Shown: in pieces, positions 27,942 to 46,400 of the stretch
Position numbering within the stretch: position 1 is the first letter of the stretch
Layout: each line of letters opens with the position of its first letter
NCBI GenBank assembly: GCA_973851085.1
Contig: OZ316775.1
Span: 6,758,001 to 6,822,000, forward strand
DNA length: 64,000 nt
Source of the DNA: Ptychomitrium polyphyllum
Lineage: Eukaryota
Direction of reading: 5' to 3'
Program-made: the position numbers and the translations under genes
Notes under the pieces: generated by a model
Database searches by the model: none
What the model was told of the DNA's origin: nothing
What the model saw: the letters and a program-made list of their open reading frames with translations, nothing else

Positions 27942-29860
27942 AATGGCCACACCATAGCTCCCAATAAAATTACGATGTCCAGCTGATAGAAGCCTCGGAC
28001 CATCTCTGTCTTAAGTGCTTCAGAAATCCTAAGGATGTTGATGTCAAGGAGAGTGCAAAAGTTGCCGAGGTGTGTTTGTTTTGTGACGATTTAGTTTAAA
28101 TCACCCGCTCCGTGAATGTATTTTAGTTCAATTTGCACTGACAAGAGGATCTGTAGGTTTTTTTAACTAGCAGGCAGCCTCAGTTTGGACATCTTACGCG
28201 TATGAGGACTGTTGATGCTTATTCTGTGAAAAAACTCAATTCCAGTCGAGTGCAGAGGTGGAATGTGGACTCCTTTATGTCGACCACCCGCGCTGTGACC
28301 ACTCTTTCGATCAATAAATCGTGAGCAGTGCATAAGCGTGCTGTTTCTTTCTACCTACAATTACGCTTATTCGTCGGCTTTCTTTTTGTTCATGAGCTGT
28401 TATATAACACAATGCACATGTATGCTTTCGTTTTTGGAACCTAAGAAGTATAGTAGTTCGATCTGGTGCAGCAATCCTAGGCTTGCGATCGTCTTATCTC
28501 GCTTGCTTCACAAAATAACTCACTGGATGAAGCTTACTGAATGCATACATAGAGAAACACTGTATTCCGTAGAATCATACTTCTCATGCAAGAGTATCAT
28601 TCTCATTTACTCGCGAGATAGAAATCTGAAACCTGTCTGTTTCCATTCTGACTATGGTCGCCCTCGTGCTGCTACGGAACTGGATGCAGGTCGGGCGCGC
28701 GAAACTTATCAGTCATGTTTCACTTCGTGTACAGTAGTTGTCTACCCTGTCTGCCTGCGAGCATCCCGTTCTCCAAACAACCCTTCGTCGTTTCTCTTTC
28801 ACCTTTTGTCTTCTTTCATTTAAATTCAGGCCCTCGGGACATACCTGACACCGATCGTGGCAGTCACACTATATCGTCCATGACCATGTGCAGATCAGAA
28901 ATACTCAGTCCTGATCGTGTGATTTCATTGTCCCCTGGATGCAATTTACTCTGCCAGTGAAACTCACCCTGTCCTAACGTATATCGTGCACTAAATTATG
29001 CTCGAATGCGCATGTTGTTCTCGCAGCTCACATCCTGTCCTGGGATCTATCTAACCACAATGGGAGCTCGGACACCCTGTACTTCGCAGCAGCTTACTCA
29101 TCATCGTGTCGAGGAATCTCAACAGCCAGGGAAATTCCTGTCAGACGGGTGGTAGGGCTCTGACACAGTCCAGCTCCCTAGCTTCTGATAACCAGTATTG
29201 GGCCGCCTATTGATCCAGAAACTTCGGCAAGCACTCAGGCTCTGCCTCCTCTCCTTGCAATAGCACTTGGGCACCATCAGTGCAGGAGAAAACTCCACTC
29301 TCTGATATGTACCTTACACTTGTTCATGATTGTAAAACTTCCCATCGGTTGTGTGTTGTTTGAAACTTTCGATGCGCATCGTTTTGAATTGTTACGGAGA
29401 GTTGAGTAACTTGGGCTCGTGAAAGGCACCTTGCAAGGGTGTGCAGGGTGGTGGTCATGTGCACTGGACAGGCACCAGCTCACTTATATTTTTGGTGGTA
29501 CTCCTTGTACTGTAGAGCTTCTGACAGAAAACGGCACCGTTCTGCATGTGCACTCTGAAACATGGACCTTCATATCAACTGTTTACTCTTGTAACGAAAG
29601 AAGCTCTCATTTATTGCAGTGTGTACCTCAGTTGAGCTGAATGATTTCTGAGATCATGTATTCGCAGAAATATGGTCGAAGTAGAAATTGCAGGAAGCAA
29701 ATGAGAGGAATTACAGGAATGAATTTATAATGAGGTGATACTTATCTTTTCCAAATCTATCTGACAGATAGGCTCCATCACCTTTCCTCATTTACTTAGA
29801 ATATTTAACTGGAAATGAATAGTACAGAATGGTCGACGAATCAGCTGGTTTTGGGTCCAA

Positions 29861-32800
29861 TCAGAGGAAGTTGGAAATTGGAAGCTGGCTCAGTAGCCCT
29901 TTGGCAGTTTCATTGACCCGTCTTAACTCTTGAACGTGGGGTTCTTCTGCATCTACAGGAATGATTGTGGCAAACACCCCTTGATCCAACAGGTCCACCA
30001 CTCTGTTGGCAGCTTCAAGTCCCGTCACAAAAGCTTTTTCCTGTCACTCCCATACATTCAACATAATTATCTAATTGTTTAAACTAAGAGTCCTTAAGAG
30101 CTTTAAAATCACTGCTGAAGTTCATCTAATAAGCCGTCTTTGATATATAAATTCATCTTTGCTAGTTGTTTTGTACCTGAGACCATGAGCCATGCCGATT
30201 CACAATCCAGTCCCCTGCCATGTAACAATTGGGGAAGCTTGTAGTCCCACGCATCATATACTGATAGGAACCTGCAAAATGAACCTCGAGTTAAATGAAA
30301 AGTCACTGCTGTTGCACGTACGCAAGTGTTTTGAGAAGTGTACGAAAACTATCCCGACCCACTCTTTCCATTTCCCATCAATGACCTAATGATTTTCTGA
30401 CTATTTTTACTAACTGATATTCTTGCTGAAACTTTTACAATGTAGTGCTGAACTGCATGTATGATATACCTGGGAAGAAATGAGTTACAGCTTTTGGAAA
30501 ACGGACAACGGCTTGATCAACCACGTTCACATTGCCAAACTCTGGAATGCACTGTGTAAGATAATCTTGCACCTTCTTCACGATCTGTTCATCACTCAAA
30601 GATAGGAACTGGTTCGCATGATACTGCCACAGATTCAGAGATATTCGGTGTAAATCATTAAGGCATTAGAAAGATGATAACGTAAAGACCAATTGAGAAG
30701 ATTCGAGCGCATAGAAGACAAGAAATAAACATCTCTTTTTACAAGCGATTAGTATTAAGCCATGTTTATGGACTCTTTCAGCAAAGATAAAAATAATCTC
30801 AGGATGATCCTCTTGGAGATACAAAATCAATCTATACAACATGTATAATTACCATCAGTAAACCATCGGCTCAAAAGCAAAAAGAGCGTAGATTTCAAAA
30901 ACAAAGCTCTAAACACCAGTTTAAGAACTAGGTGCAAAACGACTTACGAAGTCGGCTTCGACTACAGTGCCAGGTTCGTCTTTATACTCGTCGTGTAATG
31001 CATTGAGGTCAAAGAACGTCCATCCTGTCGTAGTATCAAACCCAAAGCATGCATTGCTGGGCATTTTAATAGAGACCTGTTTCCAAAGAAACAATTTAAT
31101 GAACCATTATGCTCTTGCCCAGGAAAGGAACAGAGATTTGGATGCGAATATGTTTCCAGATTCGCAGTACTTTCCAGTGATACTAGCTGGAAGCATTAGG
31201 AAAAATCATACTCATCAATCATAAACAAAAAGTTCACCATAAAACTGGTAAAGTCGTAGGCGTACCTTGCGATCAAACCAGAGACGTACGGCCAAAATGT
31301 CTACAGCACCTAAATTGGCTATGTTAACAAACTCCTCTCTTGTTCGCAATACCTTACTGCAAAAATGAACAGAAATTTGATGGTCTAAGTAGGAGCTAAT
31401 TCTCCCAGGATAATCCACAACAGGAGATTAACAAGAGCAATACAGCATGTTCTTCATAACACAATAAAGGAGCTTGGAAGGTCGTCTATGTCACAATGAT
31501 GTTGATGTGCTAATTTATCAAACACGTACAGTGTTGCAAATAATGATCAGCGGTCACTAGATTCCAGTCATGGTTTAGCACTGCAATACCTATTTGGGAC
31601 TATTTTCTGCATAGCAGAGATACCGACGGAGAAAATAACAGCATCGGCAGGGAAACGCTCCTCGCCGCAAAGAACGCCCGTCACAGAGCCTGTGGCTTCA
31701 TCGAGCACAAGATCAGTCACCCGTTTGTTGGAGAGGAAATGACACCCGCTGTCTTGCATGGCTGCCACCCAGGGCCTGAATATCATCTCGCCCACAGTTC
31801 CACGGCACCACACAACATCGAAGTCTGGCTGCACAAGCACTCCTTTTGTCTTACGTGAGGCGAGACAAGAGTATTATACAAGCCTGTCCCAAATTATTAC
31901 TACTCGACATTCGTGTCAAGGAATTTTCACATTAATATACCATCTCTATGACTAGGAGTAGAATCATCATGAAGCATAAGGAACGAACCTGGTGGGCTAA
32001 AATGAAGTAGTAGAGCATGCCCAAACAAGCAGCAGCACTACAAAGCTCCCCGGGAGCAAAGAGCCCAACTAAAAGCATGGGGTTGAATGCATCTTTGTAC
32101 ACACGTTCTGAGCATCCATATTCACGGAAAAGCTCTCGTGCACTTCCTGCCAAGTACCAGTATCAATGCTTCGTATCGACCTAGACCTATACTGGTTTCA
32201 TGAGCTCAGATTCGGAAATTTGCCTGAAAAGATGACATTACTGGCATAGCTGAAAGGACTCTTGGGTTGAAGGGTATGTACTTGAGTCATAATCTTCCCA
32301 CGCGCGATTGCTGTTATCAAAATCAATCACTGCCACACACTCTCATAGTATGTTATCTCCAAAGATACAGAGAGAAGTTTACACACAGTCAAATGAACGT
32401 ATGTGCACTTGTCAGGGTTAACACAACAGCTGATAGCGTCTACATCCTTTAAAAACATCTTCCAAAAGAAGCAAGGTACTATAATGCTAGAAATGTATCC
32501 TCCCTCCTATATCATCTCATTAAATGTTTGAGTTTAAGTACAAGACTATGCAGGACATTTCTCACTATCAGTCAGCTAAGACAAATGAGCGGTCAAGGTG
32601 TCACCTGCATACATGAGAGGTAGAGCCGTCATGCGGTCTAGTAGTGGCAACCGTTTAAACTGTAACCACAACCAAAGAATAAAAAGTAAGAGAGCAAGAA
32701 GAAAAGCTTTTTATAATTTCTGCTAGGATACCTGCGACACCAAAGCTGAAGCAGATAGAGAAAATGACAAGAGATTTCAACCGTTATTCATAATATCAAA

Positions 32801-35098
32801 CAGTGTGACAGAACACATAGCAATCAAGGCCTTGATTTACCTGCGTGTAGACAAAAGTACCCAATGGAGTCGGCAAGAGTGGCATGTCCTGAAAAATTGG
32901 CGATTCTACCTGCAGACCTCCACACACAAGATCGAGGAGATTGTTCTTACATCCGCAAACAAATAATCACATGATAAGCAAACCAACAAAAACTCCAGAA
33001 ACATCAAGTTTAAAGACTACTGCAACACAGAACCCTAGTCTATGTTGCAGTAGTCTGAATGTTCACCTCTAAGCCAGCAGGAGAAAATTGAGCAGACTTT
33101 GTCCACTGCGTGAAAGGCTGTAACCCCAACTCATCAACAAGAGAAAATATGTTCTTGTATGGATACCAAAACCCTGCAGAATCACACATTGCATCATCAA
33201 ACAAAAACACTTCAGAAAGGGAAAGCACTACATGAATTCTGCACGCTCCTATCACATCCTCCGCTCCGCCTTTTCCAGTCCCCTCTTCAGATCCCCACGC
33301 GGTCTCGTCAGGTTCAAGTGGCAATTCCCAGCTTCCGTCCTTTCCATTGATCATATCCATGGCTTAATAAGCAGGTCGGGGGTCCATGGCATCATACAAT
33401 AAATTCACAGCGGGCCACCGGTCGGTTCCTCACTTTGACACTTGGTCAATACGGCATACTTGCGGCTTTCTCTCCAGGAATGGTGCATACACAGCGTAAA
33501 CCATCGAAACCTGCAGTCAGGATCAAGTTTCAGTTACTTAACAGTTCGTACACCTCTTCAATATCATGATAAATGATTCACACAGGATCGACAAGCTCAT
33601 TCATTAACCAAAGTATCAAGAGATAAAAATCCTGCTTAAGACCGCAATATTAATGCTATGAAATAGGCAGAATTGAAGGACATGAAACAGTTGAGACTGT
33701 CCACCGTCTATATACCGGTCAATTCCTAAAGTAAATCCTTCAAAATCATGAGCCTTTGAGTAGGACTGAAATTGAGATGGACAGAATGCAACTTACAACA
33801 AACATGATCAAGCAAACTAGTGCTCACAGTATTGCATGAAAAAGAGACGATTGAATGTTCAAGCTCAGCACGTAGGAAGGTGATTCCAATTTTCCCACAA
33901 TAAACCCCATATTGCGGTTTAGGATTACGGGCAGTGCTTTACAACATACGAACAGACAGATCAAGTACTGGCACAATTTCTAGAAAGAAAAAGAAGCACA
34001 CAGAGTTGGAAGAATGTCTAATCTTACTGCCAAGGAAATACAGTCCCTCAAATCCTTCCAACGCCGAATCCACGTTACTCATCATATCCTCGAACCCATT
34101 CATGTCCGCCCACGAGCTTCGCAGATGATTCATACACCAAGCGCCTCTCCAGTCCTAACAATGTGGAGTCCTGTGCACCAAGCTCGGACCCTCCAGACAG
34201 CAACAGGAGATTGAGATCTGGAAACTTGTGTTCAATCAAAAACATGATGTGCATGCTCTTTATGATAATCTACCCGCCTAACTCCACCACGGGGAGCAAA
34301 CCAAACCAGAAGCTCCATTATCGTAAACCAAGCAGGCTCCTCACCGTAAAAGCGCACGTTGATCTTCTCCACCTTATAAGAAATCCTCTTCTCCTCAAAA
34401 TATAGTCATACTCGCCTTCGACTATGTAGAATCTCCAGAGAAAGACAGGAAGCTGGGCTTGCATTGCTACTGCTTCACACCAAATGCTTAAAAACAAACC
34501 AAGAAAGAGGAGGAAGGTAAACAGATGATAATTTAGTACCGTGAATGCCGACCTCGACTGAGCGGCCGCCGGGTGTCTTCCATCCTGCAACTAGCCCTCC
34601 AGGCTGAGCCCCTGCCTCCAACAGCGTTACATCGAATCCCTGAAAATCAAAAAGGCTCATCTTGCATCAGGTAATCCATCCAAGAGAACAAAATGAATTT
34701 GATTTCAAACGAAGGCAGGGTGGTCATTTGGGACCGTTGAGCTAGGGATGGTTTCGGGATGGTGGGCATGGCGAACTGACCTGCTTGGTGAGATGGTGGG
34801 CGGCGCCTAAACCTGCCCATCCAGCTCCCACCACCACAACCTTCTTCCTTTCCTCGCCCCCGACGTCGGGCGCAGATTCTGGTGCTCCTGCTCGGACAAC
34901 CCAGCTGCACCTTCCTCTTGATACTGAGCATCGCAGTTTTGACAACATGACGCTGTCGCCCACCATAGCCGCACTATTGTGAACTCTGAGAGATAAGCCA
35001 TGCCGTGCAGCTCTTGCTGCACTGAGGTCGTGAATCCGCAATGCGAGCGCTGCGTGAGTAAATTGCGATGCTTGCAACGTCATCGCCATCCCTACCAT
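29861..35098 (-). CDS. FAD-dependent oxidoreductase (amine oxidase / phytoene- or zeta-carotene-desaturase-like superfamily), probably plastid-targeted, multi-exon
   Basis: Transit-peptide-like N-terminus, then KKVVVVGAGWAGLGAA (Rossmann fold), LLEAG..PGGLVAGWKT..GRSVEVGIHGFWYPY, SARELF, FDVVWCRG, MAGDWIVNRHGSWSQEKAFVTGLEAAN. Stop at 29861-29863. Confidence 0.9.
33255..34430 (-). pseudogene. Glutathione S-transferase pseudogene (iota-class/cyanobacterial-type GST-like) nested in an intron of the oxidoreductase gene
   Basis: Minus-strand pieces read RV*LYFEEKRISYKVEKINVRFYGEEPAWFT, GLLPVVELGG*IIIKSMHIMFLIEHKFP, LLGLERRL, MSNVDSALEGFEGLYFLGSK, VSMVYAVYAPFLER and RWPAVNLLYDAMD, with several stops and frameshifts. 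Confidence 0.8.
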
Positions 35099-35614
35099 CG
35101 CTAGCTACGACCTTCGGAACAGTTCACACTGAAACTACGTTTGTGAATGCACAAGACAACTTCATGCAAGGTGTACACTGATCCTCCTCTCTAAAGACAA
35201 CCGGGTGTTTCCTCACGACCACTGAATTGCTGAATCTTGATAGAATAGCATGTGCACCTGATTTGATTGCGAGTGAGATCAGCAGTTACTGTAAGAGAGG
35301 TCAAAACTCATTGTGTCCACTTTTCGATCGATATCTGGATGATACTCGGCTGATACTGCAATGAGACCATCGTGACGCCCGGAGATGTATACTGCAAAAT
35401 GGACAACTCGACGTTGCGTAGGCAGTGACCCAGTCTGGGCTTCTTGTGTTGGAAGTTTCACCACGTACCGCGAGGCTCCGAAGGTGCAATTGTTGTGCGA
35501 TTGGAAACGATACGAGCAGATCGTTGCTGTTGATCAATCTCGAAGATCTTGTTTCCTGTATGCTGAGTCTTCTTAAGATCAATGATCAACCATAGCTGTC
35601 TCTACGAGGATTGA

Positions 35615-39773
<4,159 letters not shown>

Positions 39774-40779
39774 ATGGGTCACCCAACATTCTGAATATTG
39801 TAGTTATACTTCGTCAACCTTTGTACATAACTGGTTCTTGTAGTGTGAGTTAACATCCCCACTCGGAGCTCTTTTATCTTTGATATCGTTTGGAGTTCTT
39901 AGAATCTAGTGTGCAGTTAGTTGTATGATCTCAAACAAGGCCAGTAATCCAGGTGAAAGCTCCTGAAATAAGTTTTAGAAATATAAATGATTCGAGAAGG
40001 TAGGTCTAATGGCCAAACGGTAGACAAATGGAACACTAGATCTTGTAACTTCTTCCATGTTGTGTTCCGGCTTTTCAATATGCAAAGTTATTATTGTAGA
40101 ATAGCATTGTTTCTTGTTTTCACAAGTTTGTTTGAAACTATTCCTTATTCACAGCTAAGTAACTCACAGGCGATTCATACAGATTGCATAGCAGTTGAGT
40201 ACTTAAGTTTTTTAAGATAATATATCCATTCAGGTCTTTGAATGGCAACATTTCTAACATGCTTGCACATATGTTTTTAAGTTTTATATCATCATACTCA
40301 ATATTGTGTGACGTGTACCATATGAAAGTTTTGAAAAGTAACTGTGATCAATACTCTATTCAAGAGCTAATTTTGAAGAGTGCACAGTACCAGAGTATTC
40401 TCATTCACAACTCGGTATCATACTTCAGAGTACCTACTTCCAACGGCACGGAGGAGAGGAGTTGCAATTGCAGGTCCAACCTTGACACTTGCTCCCACGA
40501 CCTCCAAGCTGTTGGCAGAGGCTTGGCTGTTCCAGGTTATGAGTTCACAAACTTGGCACAAAGGGGTTGATCCGATTGCTAATTTACATAAATTGAAATT
40601 GTCTGTACTTATTACAGGTTGTATAAATCACAAAAAGTTATATAATTTCATTGTTGAAACCATTTTCACTTAAAGAAAGAGGATGTTGTGCACTAAGTTG
40701 CCAATCTTGATTCTTGCATTTCAAAATATCAATTTTTTTGAAAAGAATATGAATAGAATAGGAATTGGTATCTGATATA

Positions 40780-40869
40780 TTAGATTCTTTTTCTAGTTGC
40801 TTTCAATCAAAAAAAGTTCACAAATTAGATTCTTTTTCTAGTTGCTTTCAATCAAAAAAAGTTCACAAA
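40780..40869. repeat. Perfect 45-bp tandem duplication
   Basis: TTAGATTCTTTTTCTAGTTGCTTTCAATCAAAAAAAGTTCACAAA occurs twice, at 40780 and 40825. Confidence 0.95.
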
Positions 40870-43800
40870 TATGTAGAATATATGGTCTATTAGGAACTAA
40901 TTTGATGTAAAAACATAATTGATAAAGGACATCAAATGTTAATGTTGCATCCTTTTAAATGGAAGTGTTGGACAAAATAAAAAGTTCTAGAATACATGAG
41001 GAACTTTTTATTTAAAGCCACTTTTTCCTAGCCATTTTATTAGTGAAGGTTCTCACATACTCTTCTTATTGAAAGTTCCCACACAAACATGCCTTGAATC
41101 CCTTATCTACAATAAAAGTTGATTTTCTGTCTTCATTGTTGCACATCGAATCTCCTATTTTAATTTTCCTCTCTTTTTGTTTCATTCACTATGCCATCAC
41201 TATTTGTACTTATTGTCTCTTTTACATATAACTAGTAATTGAAATTTTTTTATTACACTTGTTTTACGTTCTAGTTTGTAAATTTGAAAAAATAATCATA
41301 TAAATGGAAGATGAAGAATTGTTGTGAATAGTAAGAAAAAAAAATTATACTTTTTTTTATGACAATTATTAAATTGAGGATAGAAGGAACATCCATGATT
41401 GTAGATGAGTGTTAATTATACAAATGTTTTGGCCACCTTTCATAGGTAGTAGAGTGTAAGACTATAATAAATTTATAGTACTTTTTTAAATACCATAGAT
41501 TCTTTATTACTCTTGTTTTTGTGGATCATTGTTTGTATTTTATTTTTAAAATTTTGAATTTTCATATCCACAATCATCTATTCTTGTAGGTCTTTAAAAT
41601 TATTTATATTTCATTAATTATTATTCTTTGTTATATGAACTTCTAATACAAAAGAATTTATAAGTACACCTTCACTTAATATTTAAAACAAGCATACATC
41701 TATTGAAATGATCAATTAAGTAGCTATTCTTTTTTCAACCAAAAACCAACCTAAAATCAACCTTTTTTTATTTGTTACGATGATTAATGGATGAACTTCC
41801 TATACATGGTTTCTATTGTAATAGAATAAAATGGTAGGCAATCAATCTAAAACTTTTTGAACCAAAATTTTCAATGAAATTTAAATTGTATGCTAACTTA
41901 TTTTAATCCAAGTAATATTAAAATTCTACACTAGATATATAAAAGCTACAATGCATGCTAAAGGCATTTGTAACTAGCATTAGGGACAACATTATAATAA
42001 ATTCCTTTATTAGTAATTTCAATGGACTACAAATAAGATAGGTATTACTTGTAAATCATACAAATGAGACTTTGCTAATGTAACTCATTCATTTTGTTTC
42101 TTGAAATTCCAACGTCTTTGAAGTAAAGTCTTTAGAACATATTGTTGTTTACAAATCCAACTTTTAAAAAAATGGTGACCTAATACCTTGGAGCAAAACG
42201 CACTGTTGTCAAGAATCTTGTAAATACCGCTTCAATTTCACTTCACCTTTAGTTTTGACAAGATAAAAAAGAATAATATTCCTCTAAAACAAGTAATTGT
42301 AAATTGTAGGAAATTTCTTTTTAAGCTTCAAACTTGGCAAAACTACACCAATACTATATAACAAATCATTTCTATGCCATTGCTTCTTGGATAAAAATAA
42401 AATTGACCTCAATTAAATTATACGCACTTAATTTACTATTAAAGCTATATTTTTTTAGAAAGAAAATGTTGTATTAATAGAAGTTTGACAGATTTATTAT
42501 AAAACATATGCCATTGCTGCATAACATGCAAAAAAAGTCAAATATATAAGGTGTGTTTTTTTTTGTCAAAGTCTCCATTGTAAAAATAAACTTTATTTTC
42601 ACATGGCAAAGTGTTTTAACTTATATTATAGCTTAGATAATTGAATCAATTGACAATTCAAAAATGTCCAAACATTGTTTTTAATACTTTAATTAACACT
42701 ATCCATCCAATATTGTAATGCTTTTTTAAATACAAGTTGAAAATTACATAAAAGATATTTTTGGTTTTATCTAAATTTAAAACGAGGTTAGTAAAAACTG
42801 TCAAAATAATTTTGCAACATAACTTTGTTGCAATATAGACCAAGTAGGAATTAAATTGTAGTCATTTGTTAACAAAAAGTCACCATGTGAATAAAAGATG
42901 AGTAATATGCTGTGAGCGATGAAAAAAACTTCTTTTGTTTTTTTTTCCTAAATCTTTATAATATTTAAAATAAAATAAATTGCTTACAACCATGGATGAT
43001 TGTAGAATTTATTAGCATAATTGAAATTGTAGTAGAGTATAAGACCATGCAAATACCATAGATCCTAGAGTGCACCAAATTCCATAGATATATGTACTAA
43101 ATTCATATTTTGTTATTGTGGATTTTTATAACTATAATTCTCTCATTTATGAGGACCTCTATTCATTACAAAATTAGCCACAAAATGAACAAGATTTTTT
43201 ATTGTTACTAAAGCATGTCATTACTGGCATGAAAGAATCTATGCAACAACAAAGTTAATTTTAAAACTTAATATAATTCAAACAAAACAAAATCTAAGAA
43301 CATTGAAAAAGATTTCAATATATTTATATGCAATAAAACTCCAACTTCTATATGTAGAACTTAAAGCACCATATCTCAACCAAAAAACACTACAAACATT
43401 CAAAACTGCTATTAATTGTACCATATTCATTAATAAATTTTATTATTCCAGAATCTTCTTTATGCTTATTTTTCAAAATTAGAAACAATTGCTCAAATTC
43501 TATCAAGCAACAACTTCAATATAATTAGAAATTTTAAACAACATTGAAAGGCTATAAATAAAATTTGAATTAGCGTAAAAAAGACGTTACCAAGGATGTC
43601 ATAGAAATATATATTTGAAGCTTCAAGAAGAATCAAGAAGGTCTAGGGAGGTGTAGGAAGGTTTTGAATAAACTACTTTATTCTTAGGATGTTCCATCAA
43701 GTCAAAGTAGCTTCCAAAAAAGCTACTTGAGGTTCCTTGAATATGAAGCATCATATTAGTATCTTCTTCATAAATAATCAAGGAATTTCAGATTTTATAT

Positions 43801-46400
43801 ATATAAGAGTCAAGGTTAAAGAAATTTTCAAATTCTACAACGCATCTTTTAAGACTTAATTCAAATAGTCTAACTTTGTATCTTATTATGATTTATGATT
43901 CTTAATATAAAGTCTAATTATCTCAATTCCTTGTCTTCAATTCTTGTCTTGTATTTCTATCAATAAAAAATAAGAGGTTAAGTTTACTATTTTCTTGAAT
44001 CAAAATGAAGTAATATAAACAATGGACATCAATAAATGGTCATTAAAATTGTGTTACTAAGATGATTAAGGGTATGACTTATTTATTAAATTTCATTTGC
44101 TTCTTTCAAGTGATGATTGGCTCCAATTGTTCTTTGTTATTGTCAACTATAATTATTAGTGGCATGACGTTTGTCAATATAGCATTGGCCATGAAAGAAT
44201 GCAATATGGCATTGTAGATGGTTGTATTGCTCTCTGAAGCAACAATATGGCGGCCTAAAGATTGTAGGATTTCACCAACACTCTTTTCATACAATAAATA
44301 AGTGTTAGATTAACCTTTATAATAAAACAAAGGCAAAGGAGCAAATAAAGAAAAATAAACAAAAAAAATACATACAGAAGTGTTGTAATTATAGTTAAAT
44401 CCTTCTTCCTTATTCTTTTATAATATCTCCATTCATTAGTTGCATTTGTTATTGTGGTTGTAAACAACATTGTCAATCACAATACTGACAATCAAGTTTG
44501 CAAGCACTTTGCTTATTCTAAGTTTGATTTCTAAATTCAAAGTTTTACCATTTCTAACCAAAAAGAGAATTTTGAACTTTAGTGTTTATATCAAATGGGA
44601 TGGATATAAGTAGAAGGAAAAAGCAAACTAATAATATTTTAAAAAAGCCAAAACAAATTCAAATAATACTCATAGAAATCAAAGGAAAACCTAATAAGAT
44701 GGATCTTGTAAAGAGGCAAGTTGAAAGTAATAGATTTTAAACATTCACAAAGTTCCTTGAAGCTATATTTGTCTAGGTTGCTTATAATCTTGCGCTTGAC
44801 CTTGATATCATTTATAAAGAATACGGACATTGTTATATCATTGTAAAAGTAGTCTAAAGAAAGCTCAAATGTGTCCTCTATAAATATTTGTGGAACAGTA
44901 TTTCAAATAAGAATTCACAAAGACGTATCAAAAATTTCAAGAACAAGCTTGCATTCTAGCATATCTAGAATAAAATGATCTATAAAAGATTGTATAAAAG
45001 AATTACATTTAAAAAAAAGAATTGGCAAGAAGAAATTGAAATCAAATGCAAATAAGCTATTCAAATTTGCACAAAGAGATTGCTTTTAGAATGCTTGAAA
45101 ATGTGCAAAGAATATGTTTATTTACCAATTTTGAAAATGTAAAAGAAAAAAGAGTAGAATAAAAAAATACATTTGTATTTGCAATAATTCAAGTAGTGAA
45201 ACAAAATTGCTAACATTAGATCAGAAATTTGCTTAGAAATTAGTCTTTTGGTAGGAAAAATTTGTATTTCAAGTATTCTTGAAAATTTGGTAGTTTTGGA
45301 AATGAAAACAGATCCATAAAGCCAAGGATTTTTTATTTAACCAATTTTTTGAATTGCAAAGCCTATGACAAGTAATAGTATATAATATATTATTATATTA
45401 GCAAATCTTGGAAGTACTTGAAAATTAGATTCTTAGAGCTAAAGGTTTGAAATTCAATTTTTTTAAAATTGCAAATAAATTTGATTGGTAAGAAAGTTGC
45501 ATGTTTAGTGACAAGAGGTTTATTAGTTTGTGTGTAATTCAACCTTTTGGTATTGAGAAATTGAATTTTGGCCCATTTTAATGTATAAATAAAAATTTTC
45601 ATTTATAACAAATTGGATAATATAATCAATTTCAAACTTGCAATTAATAAAAGAAAATAAGAAAATATTACAAACAAATCTTCAAGAAAATTAAAAACAA
45701 AGCATCTTTCATAACATTACTTTGGAAAGAGAATTTGTCTACTAAATGCTTCTTTACAATCTAATTGGCACTAACAACTAATTAACATGGAATTTATATT
45801 AAACATATCAAAAATTCTTTAAACTAATTACATTGTGTTTATTTGATATGATTTAGCATCCAATGTTATTTCACATAATAATTTTGGAAATATTTTTTTT
45901 GTATTTGATTTTAGTAATAAACAAGGTTATTGTAGATTGTTGCATGGTTTGGTTGAAAATCCTATCTTTGGTGCCAAAGATTGAATTCCAAGTAATTTAT
46001 AAAGTTGCATTTTAATCATTTTGTATATTGTTTTGAATTTTCCATAGTTATTTTATAAATTTAAACACTGACATTGACCAAAGCTAACTAATCTTTCAAT
46101 TCAAAGCATTATCAGTGTGGAAGAAGAAGAAAAAGAAGAAAATGAATACATTGGGCAAATATTACAAAGAAGCAAAGGATAATGTTTTCTCCATCTAAAA
46201 GTAAAACTTCTAAAACTTGAAATTATTGTTTACTAATACTACAAGTTTATTATACTAATTTTTTCATGTATACATACTTCTAGAGTTTTTTTAATTATTA
46301 TGGTATGTTCATGTGTTTTTAATTTTTACTTCAACAAGTCATGTGTATAAAGGGATTTTATTAAGGAAGTTATAAAGACACATGATATGGCACATGTATG
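40870..46400. mobile_element. AT-rich block of decayed repeats/transposon debris, possibly including an LTR-like segment near 43600-43950
   Basis: Very AT-rich with no credible ORFs. A diverged internal repeat (GTAGTAGAGTRTAAGAC...ATACCATAGAT) occurs at ~41446-41500 and ~43029-43062. GGAAGG/CTTCC-type motifs and TATATATAAG lie near 43640-43810. Confidence 0.4.
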
